The notes below the pieces were generated by a model. It was given only the letters and a program-made list of their open reading frames with translations. It was not told where the DNA came from and ran no database searches. This document shows, piece by piece, positions 11,687 to 25,228 of a DNA stretch of 64,000 nucleotides (the first letter of the stretch is position 1; every line of letters starts with the position of its first letter). The stretch comes from Zootoca vivipara (taxonomy: Eukaryota), in NCBI RefSeq assembly GCF_963506605.1, contig NC_083286.1, positions 24,118,001-24,182,000 of the forward strand, given 5' to 3'. A program made the position numbers and the translations under genes.

Positions 11687-14039
11687 TATTACTTTTTTTA
11701 AAAAATAAAATAAATCTGAACTCATTTTCCCAAATCCCTTTTCCTTGTCTCTATTAAATAACTTGTTCAGCTGCATTTTAGAATAACTCAACAATATTTA
11801 AAAGGGCAATTTGGGGGAACTTGTAAATGAGAAGCAACCCATCAGGTTCATCTTTGTTAAAGATGTCTTCACAACAGGGTAGATTGGAAGGAGCTGTTCC
11901 TCCAGTCTGGCGGTGTTATAATCTGCACTTCAACAATCCCCAGTTCCACTCGAGGGGAGAATGAGGAATCTCCAAACAAACAAGATGATTAAATATAATC
12001 CACAAATCAGAATTCAGGCCCTTACTTGCAAACAGAGTCCACTGCCCTTTAGAGAATTTCTCAGGCTCTGTTAGCTTGACCTAAGCAAACAGGAGCAGGA
12101 CCATAGTGAAGAGTCACAAGGTGACAAAAGGAAGAATGAGATACTGAAATGCTGCTGCCTTACAGCTTCCCCAACCTCACAATCATTAAAAAAGTAAAAT
12201 GTCCAATGTTGTCAAATGCTAACACATATACTGTTCCTGTGCTCTTCTCCTACTTAGCTTTTTTTATTGCTCTTCAGAGTCAAAAAAGTTTTGATGGGTT
12301 TACAAAAGGGGCAAAAGAAAATTGAGTTCTGGAAGACTTAAAATAGCATTTTGTTTTATGGCAGCCGGAATTTGAGCAGGGAATTCATGAGGAGAGAATG
12401 AAAAAGAAAAGAAAAGCACAAACTGAAGTAAAACGATCAAAACAATTTGTGCCCCCGGATTTACATAACGGTGTACACACAATTTGATGTGTACAGTCTC
12501 AACTGGAAACAAAGGTCTGGCACACACACAAAGCGGAAGCAGATTTGAGGCCAGCTGGAGTTATGAATGGAGACCTGAATCCCTCTGCTGTGGCAAACTT
12601 GTATGATAACAGAAAGTGGTTTCCTCCCCTCTTCTTTCTCCTGCAGTTGTTTATTCAACAGAAATTCTTCTGATTTAAAATGTTTACTTTCCTCTTGGAA
12701 AGCCTGGGCACAATTTTTTATTTTTATTTTTAGGAATAATCAATTAAAATGATATTTTACAAGGCTTCCGGATGAAGCCAGATGATTCAAGAGCCTGCCT
12801 GGAAAAGAATAGAAGATGTACGGTACCTTGCCGAAGAAAGTGATTTAACTGAGAAAACAGAACGGTTGAAAGGGAATATAAAACACAACTAGGTAACACC
12901 ATCCAGTGGCCATACCCTGAAGCTCATACACATTCGATGCTTCGGGTACTCTATGTATCACAACTGAAGCCAGTTGGTGTATTCAGAGAGCTTTTATCTT
13001 CAGAAGCCCGAAATAATTGACAACTACATGCAAGGGAAACAAAAGCAACTGCTCCTTTCTTCCCATGCATTGTAAGTGAATTTTTTTTTTAATTAGGGAA
13101 GGAGCTAAAATCATTATAGCAATAAAAGAGAATCGAGATCTACAGGTTACACCCCAGCAATTGCTTTGGAAAAATACGCTCTGTGTGTAACATGAACAAA
13201 ATGACGCCATTCACATCTTCTGAGCTTTGTAAAAGGGCTTCAAAACAAAGTTCATGTTTGTACCTAGAAAATGTGTGTTGATTGAGAGGAGCGGCAGATG
13301 GCGAATTAAAGGTGCTAGTCTTCTTTAATGAAAAAAACTGCAATAAGGGGATGGGGGAATAGGGGGGGCTCCCCCTTTTTTGCAGCAAGAAGACCAGGTT
13401 TATCCAAAAGATACCCAAGAAGAATTTCGTAAAGTTTCTCCCAGTTATTTGTTTTGTTTTGTTGATGCACTTCCTTATCACAATTTCCGAAACACTAATT
13501 TTCTGGAGGACCTTGGGCCAGTCACTTGCTCATATCCTTGCCTACTTCACAGGGTTGGTGTAATGGTAAAAAAAAAGGGTAGCCGGTGAACAATGTATGC
13601 TGCCCTGAGAAAGGCCACCCCCATCAGTTTGCTGAGACTAAATGTGTCCCACCTGTTGAAGGAGGAAGCCTGGAGGTAATGGGGTGAGGGGTAAAAAAAG
13701 GGGGGTACTGCTTGGGCTAATAAACATGGGGGCTGGTATGCAGCATAAAAGGCAATGCCACCCTTGTGGTAGTGTGTACTTGGCCAGTCACCTTCAGGAG
13801 CTGAGTATGAAATTGGGAGCACCTCAGTTGCCCTTCAGGGTACTTCTTTGTCATAGGCTTGTGATGGGTTTGGGTTTCTGATTTGGCTATTTGGAGTTAA
13901 TTGCAATTGGCATTTAGTGTGGGCAAGGAAGTGATTTGGAGCTCTGGAATGCACCCCAGGGGTGGAGGGCAGTTCTCTGACCATTTCCTAGTGCTCTTGG
14001 GGCCTGATAGGTGCCAGGTGCTGAATGCTGGGCATTATT

Positions 14040-14067
14040 TATTGTTATTGCTGTATTATTACTGTAT

Positions 14068-14123
<56 letters not shown>

Positions 14124-14250
14124 TTCCCATCTGAATGGGTTGCCACAGCCACTCTGGGTGACTCCCAGAACAGGGCTGCCTTCAGACGTCTTTTAAAAAT
14201 CACATAGTTGTTTATCTGTTTGACATCTGCTGGGAGGGCATTCCACAGAA
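14040..14250 (-). mobile_element. L2-type LINE 3' fragment with (TAC)n microsatellite tail (about 14066-14123)
   Basis: Minus-strand WNALPADVKQINNY..FKRRLKAALF and CCCAGAGTGGCTG motif, shared with other L2 3' ends in the window. Confidence 0.7.
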
Positions 14251-16985
14251 AGAAGAGGAAGTCTGAATGGAGTTTCCTTCCAAACATTCCCAATTCCAGT
14301 TTTCAATGTCAAAAACAGTGACTCTCTGTTTTGTTGGTTGTGTAAATGGGCATCATCCAGGACGCACCAATCTGTACTCTCCCCTGTGTGCTGGATGTAA
14401 ACACAAAAAGACACACCCACACCACCCTATGGACAGCACTTTTTTAATTCACATAGGTTCCCCATCCAAGGAACCACATATCAGAGCATCTATTGGTTGC
14501 AATGTGTCCACTCACATAATGGAATAGTAAGTAAAGATCGTAAAAGTTGAGAGAACCACATTTTGGGAAGGTGATGGTATAAGGCAGTAGTGAGGGAAAT
14601 TTGACTACATGACTTCCAGTGTTTGACTTACACAGATCATGATTATCCAAGAACGGTGACAGGGTTTTTTTTTAAATTTTACTGCTGTACAAATTGCCAG
14701 CCCAAGCTGCCTCTGCAATTTGCCACATACTGTAGATATTATTTTATACTGGTTGTGATTCCTGTATTTTGACATCCGAAAAGAAGCCAATAAAATGTTT
14801 ACAAAAACTGTCTTGTTAAATATTCTTAAAAGATGAATATTTTTCTTTGTGCTGAAAAATATCACGCTAACAAAACCCAATGTCTTAATGTAAAGATATT
14901 AATACTGTAAGCGAGAGACATTTATTAATATTAAATCTTAAAAGTTTTTCCTCTAGAAAGCAATTTAGCAGCTATAACTGCAAAACTAGATTGCTGATTT
15001 AAAAACAAAAAACAAAAAACAACGTCTCGTTTTTGTAAGGAACATGACAAAAACATCCCACGGTCTAGATGCAAGATAAAAAATATTTCTTTTTATCGGC
15101 TTCCAGTGAAATGCAACACCCCTGCATTTTTATGCATATATATTTCCTGTATTTCTCTGCTATTAAAGGGCTATGTAGACTTCCAGGAAACTGGTTAAAG
15201 TCAGCACACAATGGATGATGCTTGCCTACGCCTCTTCTGGAGTCCAGACATTTATCTTGCCCCTCAATATTCAACATATGATAGCCAAAATCAAAGTGAA
15301 GTTGAATGCCTGGATGCCTTTAACTTGTCTGGTTATTTGTTTTAACAATTGGAAGAAGCAACAGGGACTGGAACAGCATGTGTGCAAGGAGCAGGGATCA
15401 CTCCTTCTCCCTTGAACAGCCCCATTGAAAACTACACCCAAAGGGTGCAATTTGTCCTGAGATGGAAGCTTCCATTGGCAATAATAACACATTTAATATC
15501 CTGTGTGTTTTGGTCTCATGTGCACAGGACAATAAGTATGTGTGCAGGCCATTATATATTGTAGGCATCTGATCTGATAGGCATCTGTGGACATAGGTCT
15601 TCTGTGCCAAAGTGTGGTTATTACCTTCTGAATGGGGAGCAAAGTGTCATAAACTGAGTATATATCCATCAACAATCATCATGCTCTCCATCTGCCAACA
15701 CACAACTTTCTTCTTTCCCAGGGTGCATATGCACATAGTTGACTATAGCTGATTCTTCAACCCTGTAGCAGAACATTCATATATGATAGTAGCAGAGGAA
15801 ATACATCTAGTCTGAATGGCTCACTTAAACACTGCTAGTTTTGATTGTTCCACTCAAAGTGTTTACGCTTTCTAAAACATTTATTGGACCCTTACCTTCT
15901 CAAGCCAATCGCAATGTGACTGGCAAAATCTTCCAAACGTCATTCATAGTTAAATACCTGTCAGGATTTAAAATATTGTACTGTGGAACCCAAAATGCCA
16001 TTCATTCATAATTCAAAAGACGTTTGATGACAACAATTACTGCCCCTCAATAGCCACCTAATCCACGCAATGCAGTCCAGCCTAAGGATTTGCAGGCCAA
16101 TGCAATTCAAATGAGCTTCATGGGCAAAGTAACAATTATATTTGAAAGCGGAAGAACTAAAAGGCGTTTGGCTTGAATGTGAAGGCAGAAAAGACCATTT
16201 GCATAGCTTTACAATTATTCTGGATAGATGGATCGTAACACTGTAGGAAATTACGATTCGCCTTACGGAAAAGAATATATAGATTCACATTCAAAGAAGG
16301 TTTGTCATCTTTATAAATAGTAATAAAACTAGAACATAATCCTATTTTAGAGAGGATTCGCAAAGCAAATCCTCACAATTAAGAGGAATATAGGTTCCCA
16401 TAGAAAGCTTAACCCTAAATTCAGTCCACTAATGTAATTAAAATGTTTTCTCAGAGTGATAACCAAACTATACTGGAGCATGATAAACATATAATATAGT
16501 GATGGGATCTATTTTCGGCCATGATAATATGCACACTAACGTGGAATCAAATATTACTGAAATTGAATTGGGTATAAATGTAATTGGAACTGTGGTGACC
16601 AGACTAGACTTGATGGAAGCAGGCTAATTTTTTAAATCTTAACGATCCACCGCCATCAAATATAAAGCAGGCATTAGGCGTTTAATTTTTTTTATAACAA
16701 AAGGGTAACCAATTTCACGGGAACAGATTACAGAGGCAGTTCTATAGGCAGAACTAAATGAAGATTACAGGAGGCTGGGTCTTTACATTTCTATGCTGGT
16801 GGCACCATAGTCTAGGTGAGGGGGCTTGAATTCAGCCCTCTGACTCTCCTCCCATCTCCAACACAGCTGACATGACCATGTGGCCAGCCATAACCTTGAC
16901 TACCATAGGAACCTCACTCTCAGGAGGTGGAGTGGGAACTGGCTTGGCCAAAGCCCCTCCTGGGATATCTGACAGCCTTCATATA

Positions 16986-17226
16986 CAGTGGTACCTCAGT
17001 TTAAGAGCAGCCCTGATTACAAACTATTCGGTTTACAAACTCCACAAAACCGGAAGTAGTGTCCCGGTTTGCGAACTTTACCTCGGTCTAAGAATGGAAG
17101 CCGAATGGTGGAAGGGCACCAGCGGTGGGAGGCCTCTTTAGGGAAAGTGTGCCTTGGTTTAAGAACAGCTTCGGTTTAAGAACGGACTTCCGGAATGGAT
17201 TAAGTTCATAAACCAAGGTACCACTG
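16986..17226. mobile_element. Tc1/mariner (Tigger-like) MITE
   Basis: TIR CAGTGGTACCT...AGGTACCACTG, flanked by TA on both sides. Confidence 0.88.
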
Positions 17227-17273
17227 TACCTGATGAAGGCCTTTGACCTTGTCAGCCAAAAAGGAATAAACAC

Positions 17274-17989
17274 GGGCACAATATTGAGTCTGATGCATGG
17301 GGAAAATTGTGGAATGAAAATCTAAAATTTACGGCATGTACAATTTTAAAAGAGAATGTAATGAAGGTGATTTATCTTTGGTACTTAACCCCTGTAAAGT
17401 TAGATGTAAAATATCAGACGGTGAATTCTACCACATGTGGTGGACGTGTGATAAGATTAAACCATTTTGGGAGAGGCTGTATAATGAGGTTAAAAAGATA
17501 TTTAGATATACCTTTGTCAAAAAGCCGGCAGCCTTTTTGTTGGGGCTAATGGGTAATGAAATTCGAAAAACGGACCAAAGATTGTTTATGTATGCCACTG
17601 TGGCGGCAAGAACATTAATATCCCAAAAGTGGAAATTACCTATGATAGCGGAGTGGCGGACAAAAATGTTAGAATATATGGAAATGGCCAAACTGACACA
17701 CAGAATTCATGACCAGGACGATGGGAGATTTCAGAAGGAATGGAGTAAATTTTTAGATTATGTAAAAGATAATTATAAAGAAATGAAGACACTAGCGGGA
17801 CTGACTTAAAACCTTCATCTTTGATATTAAGCATACTATGTAAATGTGCGATCAGATTGACATATTATACCTGCGGGTGGGGGGGGGAGGGAAGTCAGGG
17901 CTTGATAAAGCTGTATGTTCTATAAATGATATGTATGTATGATATGCAAGAACACCAAATGAAAATAATAAAAATTCAATGGTGGAAAA
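17274..17989 (+). mobile_element. L1 LINE, 5'-truncated (ORF2 C-terminal Cys/His region plus 3' UTR)
   Basis: ORF 17336-17809 reads CKISDGEFYHMWWTCDKIKPFW..PAAFLLG..YMEMAKLT. G-rich UTR, A-rich tail, TSD AAAAAGGAATAA (17258 and 17990). Confidence 0.85.
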
Positions 17990-18530
17990 AAAAAGGAATA
18001 ATCACACTGCTCAACACTGCCAAAGCTTCACAAGAAGATTGTGTCCTTCCGCAAGAACATGTGTGGCACTGTCCAATATCTGCTCATCTGCTCATCCTCA
18101 GATGCCTTCCCTATAAAGAGCAGCGTGAATCGGGGTTGCGTTCTCACCATGAGTAGATTCCAGGACCGGGATGCAAGAACAGCTCTGCAGAGTTAGCCTG
18201 TTGCCCAGGCAAGCACTGGTGGGCATATGAAAGCATTTTGTAGGTAGTCAACGTCAACACGTGTAACTAAAGAGGGAGAAGATAAAGGTCAAGTGGAAGG
18301 TAACTAAAGGAATCTAAAGGAATGTAATTCTAGCAACTGTCATCTCAAGGTTAACATACTGTTCCTTTTAAGGGCTTTATTATAGTCACCTAATAAAATG
18401 TTTAAAGGACTTAAATTATGAATCAGTATGATTCAAATAATGACAGAAGCATCTAGTGGGTAAACAGGATTTCTTTCTAAGGCAGATAATGCAGTTGAAA
18501 AGGGATAGGATAGGTACTTATAAAAATGTA

Positions 18531-18791
18531 CAGTGGAACCTCAGGTTGCGGACGTAATCTGTGATGGAGGCACATTCACAACCCGCAGCATTCATAACCT
18601 GCAGCACTGCATCTGCGCACGCGCGTGACACAATTTGGTGTTTCTGCGCATGCGTGAAACACAATTTAGTGCTTCTGCGCATGTGCAAGCGGTGAAACTG
18701 GAAGTAACCCTTTCCGGTACTTCTGCGTTTCCCGCGGTCCATAACCTGCAAATGCGTAACCTGAAGCTTCTGTAACCTGAGGGTACCACTG
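18531..18791. mobile_element. Tc1/mariner (Tigger-like) MITE
   Basis: CAGTGGAACC...GGTACCACTG, TA TSD, internal TGCGCATGCG repeats. Confidence 0.85.
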
Positions 18792-21700
18792 TATCTAGAT
18801 ACATACAGTAAGCTAGTGCCCTTGATGAAGCGACTGTTTTCAGATTTACAAGACTAAGCTATCATGTAGTGAAGAAGAATATTCTTCACAGAAGTTCTGC
18901 ATCCTAAAAGACCTGGGATCAGTTTATTTAAAGATACCACAGGGCTAGTTTTATTGCGCTATGAAGTTCCAGATGTGTCACTGACACTGAGCTACATGAG
19001 GAGTCACTGTGCCTTTAATTCAAACACCAGGTATGGTTCAATAACCACATAAAGTTCCAGAATAAATAAGTATTTTGCTTCATTCAGTGTGCTGGGCAGA
19101 TCCACTTGTGACTTGCCCAAACCACCAGGGATTTCGGCGGGGCTTATGTGCAGAAGGTGGGGGGACATAAGCCCCGCCCCACATAAAATGGCACACATAC
19201 CCCATTTTAATGGCAATGTCCGTCAACTTGGGGAGTTGGCTCCTGAGCAACCCACTCTCTTTGCCCCCATCAGCACTATATATTTAAAGGAGTAATACCA
19301 CTTGAAAGACTCATGGCTTCCTCCAAAGAATCCTGGGACCTGTACTTTGTGAAGGGTGTTGAGAGTTGATAGGGGACCCTTCTTCCATTCACTGAGCTAC
19401 AGTTCCCAGAGGTCCCTGAGAATAGGGATTGTTGGTTAAAGCGCTCTGAGAATGACTCATCTGGCACCAAATTTTCATTTTAATGGGGAGTCCATAGGAA
19501 TGTACACCCCAACAAGTTACACTTCCTTCCTTCCATTGCCTAAGTAATGTCAAATATCTGACCCTTTCCAAAAGAAGGGCAAGGGCAGCTTACATTAAAA
19601 ATGACTGATATTTGACACAATCTAACTTCCTGTGATGCCATGCTCTAACACAACTCTTTCCTACCAAATAGAACTTACCAAATCTTTCTTTATCACTTAG
19701 CCAAAGGACATTGCCAGTCCTTCAACAGAACAATAAGAACTGGGACACCACTCAAAATACTGTTAGAACAAACTAATAGTATCGAACATGCATGAAATAC
19801 TCTCCTTACAACTTTCTGCAGAGGGTTGGTTTTCACTGCCCACAAGGGATATCTCTGCTCATTAACTCAGAGGTCTTCATAAAGACAATTTTACATACTA
19901 TTTTCTAATATTGATGGATCAGCGGCATTGCAAGCTTTCTCAAAGCATAGTTTTCAGAACATCGTTTGGATTCTGCAGCAGGGTAGAAACTGTTTTGTGA
20001 ATCACCCATTAGTGCTTGGGCATTGCATCCCTCTAATGAACATTTATATCTTTTATAAAAGTTTCAAAAGTGTGCACAAAATATCACTGTTTTAGAAGAC
20101 TTTAACTTAGAAGCTTATTATGTGATTTAAGAAGCTCAGTTTGAACATTATTCAAATATAATAAGTAAAGCTTGTGCCAGAAATGTCTTTACTGATCATG
20201 TTTTGAACCTTATTCCTGCTAAGCTTTGTGCCTTCATAATCCCTTCTTTTAATTCTACTTGTTTTGCTAGGAATTTAGGAGCTTACTGTATCAAAACAAA
20301 TAGCCTGTAGAAATAAAAGGAACTGAGCAAAGGTTTTATCCAGTTAAGGGCACACAGTGCCAAAGGATAGAGCATGAATCAATCTAATTCTCTTAAGAAC
20401 TAGGATAATTTACTGCATTACAGAATTATGCTTGCAATTAGGTCTTGGGATATCTTTGACTAAAATAAATGTTTTCTCACCCCCCCCCCCCAAATATTGG
20501 TAATGGTTCCTTCAAATATCACAAGAGACTTTTCCCTAACTGTAGATATTTATCTATTTGTTTAGTCTTTAATTGTCCATGGGATCTGCTGGAGTTCGAT
20601 ATCTACAGCACATTAATAATGCTAATAATAAAGAATGTCCATTCTTCAGTTCCATTCCAGCACTTTGGTGCTTCAAAAACAAATTTTAACTTTCTTAAAA
20701 GAAATGCCTAGTTTTAGAAAGCTTATCATCAGAAATTGAATAAGAGGCTACCATGAACTCTTGACTTTAAAGATAAACTGGTTTGTTTAAACATTTCAGA
20801 ACTTTCTAATAGAATCATAAAATTGTAGACTTGGATGGGACCCTGGATGTCATATTTATATGTTGTGATATAATGCTTGATGGCCGCGTGGCCTTCTTGT
20901 TTCTACAGATTAAGGACTTGTCAAGGATTCCACATGGATTCAGCTTCAGTGGAGAGGCAAACATACTTCTTTGAGTTGATTGTGACTGTTAGAGCTTTAC
21001 GGCCATTAGTGGTTAAATGCCACAGGAACATCTGGTAGATACATTGGGGTATGCGTAGGAAAGTCAAGGGGCATAGGGTCAAACCATATAAAATTTATCA
21101 AATCATATTTTAAGAAGGAGCCCTATTTGCATTCCTCTTCCATTTAAGCAGAAGCAGCCATGACACATTTGCAGCCAAATGTGTCACTTCTTTAAAAAGC
21201 AACAACACCACTATTGTCAAAAATGGCTGTAATCTCATGCAGATGAGATATTGATCTGTTGCTGATGTTCGCTGCACAGCCAAAGGGGAGCCACATTGCC
21301 AGCTACAAACGCCATTAATCATAGTCTCCTTAATAACAGCACTTAAACGATCTCTCTCGGTATTAACTTATATTGCATCTCTGGCTTGTATCCAAGCTTG
21401 CATGGAAAAGGATTCCTTTGAAGGGGTAGTTCTGTGGCCACTGTAGATCATTTAAATAATAAAAAAGACTCCTGCTTTTCTTGAGTGCTTTGTCTACAGT
21501 AATTAGGCTGTATTAAACTCATTAGCTTGATTTAATCCAATTAGTTCAACAGGAATAAAAGGGAAAAAGTGAACTCCGTCATTTGCTTACATCAAAGAAA
21601 ATGAGCGTGACAGAAATTAAAAAAATGAATGAAATTCACAAATGGAAATTTAGCATGTTAAAGAACCCTTATCAGAGCTAAGCATGACAAAGAAAGGAGG

Positions 21701-22706
21701 TTTGTATGCTAGTTGTTGTTGTTGTTGCATCAGTCGTGTTCGCTTTTTTTATATATAAAGGATGAGTTTTATTGGTATTGTGAGCCAAGTCCTGTCAGAA
21801 TGAAATGTGCAGCTTCCACTGGTCGTAACAAGTGTTGCAAATATATCAAGCTAATAAATTCAGAATATATTTTAAAGGCCATTGCTGAAACCCTGGCTCC
21901 ACTTAAAGGTAATGAGATTTCTTGCAACTGACTTTGGAGGAATCTAGGGTCACCAGCACTTGGCCTTGAAGGATGAGCCTGTCCCTTTAATAAGTGCTTG
22001 GTACATGGAGCTGGTTGGCAGAAGCTAGTGCAACAGAAGTATCCTCTCCTTTAAAAGACACAAGGCTCCTCTTGCGATTGATAATCGACAACCAATTAGA
22101 ATGTGATCTGCGTAACCTATAGTACCCAAACCCCATTAGGCCGAATGGATATCTAACACTGCCATAATCTAAACAGAGAACCTAAAATACATCTTTCCTG
22201 TTTAAGAGACAAGGGGAATTAAGACTGAAGGAGATGGTCTGTATGAAGCAGACTGTCTATTCTGACAGATAATGACTCTCCAAGGCTTCTGCCAGGGGTC
22301 TTTTGCAGCCCTGCTGTCTGAAATTCTTTAACTGAAAATGTCAGGGGTAGAAACTGAACTGTAAGTAAACAAGACACATGCTCCGTCATCTCAGCCATGC
22401 TGCCTTCCAGCTTTATTAAGCTTTTTTATACTACAACTATGAAATATAATCTGGGCTCAATTCAAAGTGCTGGTGCTGACCTTTGAAGCCCTAAATGGAT
22501 TGGGACCCAAGTAACTGACAAAGTATTTCTTCCATATACGAAGCAGCCTAGATGCTCAGATAAACACTAGAGGCTTTTAGAGTTTCAAAGTTAATGACCA
22601 GCACTTTTAAACTCATCAGAAATTTAGAAGAAGCGAGCACATGGAAAATTGCAATCAACTCACATGTTTTCCCAAACTGGTTCTGAATGCAAGCTTCTGG
22701 AAGTTT

Positions 22707-22832
22707 CTCAGTTGTTTAGAGCATGGTGCTGATAATGCCAAGGTTGAAGGTTTGAACCCCATATAGGACAGCTGCATATTCAGGTTGGACTAGATGATCC
22801 TCAGGGTCCCTTCCAACTTTATGGTTCTATGA
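22707..22832 (+). mobile_element. tRNA-Ile-derived SINE with CR1-type tail
   Basis: CTCAGTTGTTTAGAGCATGGTGCTGATAATGCCAAGGTT resembles tRNA-Ile. Tail GGTTGGACTAGATGATCC..GGTCCCTTCCAACT. Confidence 0.7.
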
Positions 22833-22933
22833 AATACTCAGCTACACAGAATTGCAGTAGTTCAGGTTCCAGGCCACTACAGTCTTGGTCATCTCCCTTT
22901 CTTTGGCTGCCAGAATTCCCACCTACCCAATTC

Positions 22934-23250
22934 CCGGACCGGATTTACCATTAAGCAAAATCAGTGTTTGCTTAGGGCATCAAGGGGAGTGGGGCAAAAC
23001 ATAAATTAGGTAAGATTTGATATGAGGATCTGATCAAAGTCCTTGTAATTAGAAAAAAAAAGCAGGAGAATTTTTTTTCAAATATAAATAAAGTGAAAGT
23101 ATACAAAAATAAACATTTTCCACCTTACTGTAGGTTTTGCTTCATTTTGAAGAAAAAGGAAAATCTGTTTTCCGGCTTACTATTGTTTATATTTTGAATT
23201 AGATATGATTATAAGTGCTTAGGGCCTCTAAAGGTCTTAACCTGGCCTGG
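22934..23250. mobile_element. Degenerate hAT-like MITE
   Basis: Imperfect termini CCGGACCGGATT...AACCTGGCCTGG with similar flanks CCCAATTC and CCCAATCC. Confidence 0.4.
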
Positions 23251-25167
23251 CCCCAATCCCCTTTCTTGACATAGCATTACTCCAGGGGCATATTAGGGAG
23301 AAAACGATGCTTCCACAAGATCCATTGCTGCTGCCACAGTTAAAAAAAAGAAGAAACAACTGTCAGGTTTTAATTTCCTCTTTATTGCTATCAATGCACA
23401 TGGGGCTTTACAGAGGAACATAAGGAAAAGGAAGATCCTTTCCCTGAAGTGTCCATCCTTCCCATTGCATGCAAAAATCAATTTATCAAACAGAATCAAC
23501 ACACATATATGATTGCAGGAGTATCAGTCATCCAATTCACTCATCCCTTCAAGATGAATGGATTATGGTACCCACGTATATACACCCATGGGGCTTGCTT
23601 CATACTAAAAGTTTCTCACACCATAGGGAATGACATGCAAACTCTAATAAATTGCTACATGCTGGCATATATCTTGTGCCAAAGTGTGCCCTGAACTTGA
23701 TCTCTCTAATTAAAACTCTGATCTCCCCAACACGCTCAAGTATTATTATTCACACCCATGTCCAGTTGTAACCAGGAATGACACCTGACCATTTAAATTC
23801 TCTTCTTGTGAAACAATTCACCTCTGCTCTAGACTTTAATGTGACTTTTACTGACCTGGCATTGGCAAGATGCTGAAAATAAAATAAAATGCAAGATGCA
23901 ATAAATTAACCCTAGGCCAGATCTTGAACTTTTGAAACTCTCAGCCAAAAAAAAAAAAAAGGCCAAATGTACCTACTGATTCAGCAGAGTACTTTTCCAA
24001 ATGTCAAAGTTTAGAAGTGTACACCGGCATGCATTCCTTCAATAGGAATTCAGCATGAGTTTCCATTCATCATTTGTTGAATAGAAGCCATAATTATTGA
24101 GAATATTGCACAGCCTGCATCTAAATCTCAGCAGAAGATGGAAAGCCATAAGTCCCTGCTGTTATAAAGTTTCTTTCCTGAAATAAAAAGATTTTTTTAT
24201 TTTTGTTTTTTTTTTGTCAGACCATATTCCACCTTCCAGTTTAGGAAAATACAAATGCTTATATCCTGGCAAATATTGGGCTATCTCTGGTGGTAGCTCT
24301 GAGGACCTTAAACTCTCCCTGAAGTCAAGCAGGGGTTTGTGGTCTCCAATCTTGACAGTGAAGTCTTGTTGGAACAATGTTTTTTCTGGTTTGCATGGAA
24401 TCATAAAGCCTAGTCAAATGGTGCTTTTACATAACACAAACTGATATGAACCTCTTAAAATTGGAGAGACTTTTATTTGTCTGGTTTAAGAAAGAGAAGA
24501 AAAGCTTGGTTCCAATGAAACAAAAATCTCCTAATGGCTACATTTTGCAAAATACATCAGCTGGAAAAGTCAAGTGCATTAACCATTATGTATATTTTCA
24601 TTTCATTTAAAATCATCTTCATGGCTAGGTATTGTTTGAATTTACAGCAAACCTTCTGTTGCTGCTGAACATTCAAAGTAGCATCTTCTGCAGAGGCTGT
24701 ACAGTGGGAGGCTTAATAGGGATGCTGTTTCCATAACAACAAATAAGATTTGAGTAAAAACACAATACTCAGTGGTTGCTGTTCTTCACAGCAGATAAAA
24801 GCAGTTATTCAAAATTGCGAGCAGCAGTGCAGAGGGTTCTCTTCCGCATTTAGCAAGTGTTTAACTTGTAAATACTTGAGGGGCAGCTATAGTGTCTCAC
24901 AGATGAAGCCTGCATGCAACACTCATTTGTGGCTTGAAGGAGACTTGCCCTGGTCATTGATTTATATACTTGAAAACTAAAAGAATAGGCTCTTGCTAGA
25001 ATCTGGATCACTTAAAACATTTAGCAAGACTTCACTGTAGCCTCAAACCACTAAAAAAATTCTTTTTGTATTAGTCTGATTTATGGAGCTTTCTTATTGT
25101 ATTGTTGGGTGAGCAAATTCAGAATTTTGTATTGTGCATTGTTTTTAAATCTGACTTTAAATCAAGG

Positions 25168-25177
25168 TCTATCTATC

Positions 25178-25225
<48 letters not shown>
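25168..25225. repeat. (ATCT)n microsatellite
   Basis: Direct reading of the sequence. Confidence 0.95.

Positions 25226-25228
<3 letters not shown>

Larger units (their letters stand above)
10330..11795 (-). mobile_element. Degraded L1 ORF2 3' region hosting BovB and Sauria SINE insertions
   Basis: Collinear minus-strand peptide remnants QLNKLFNRDKEKGFG, ISKFYKLLLEWET, KENLQKMMYWWDLTPSKL, PEAFLL and WQNKLMEYIEL are homologous to the L1 at 17274-17989. Confidence 0.75.

Noticed and set aside
12765-12892. Exon-like segment with AG/GT boundaries
   Set aside because: All three frames contain stops and no homology is recognised.
13901-14293. Poly-T, poly-Y, poly-L and poly-S ORFs
   Set aside because: Translations of the (TAC)n microsatellite.
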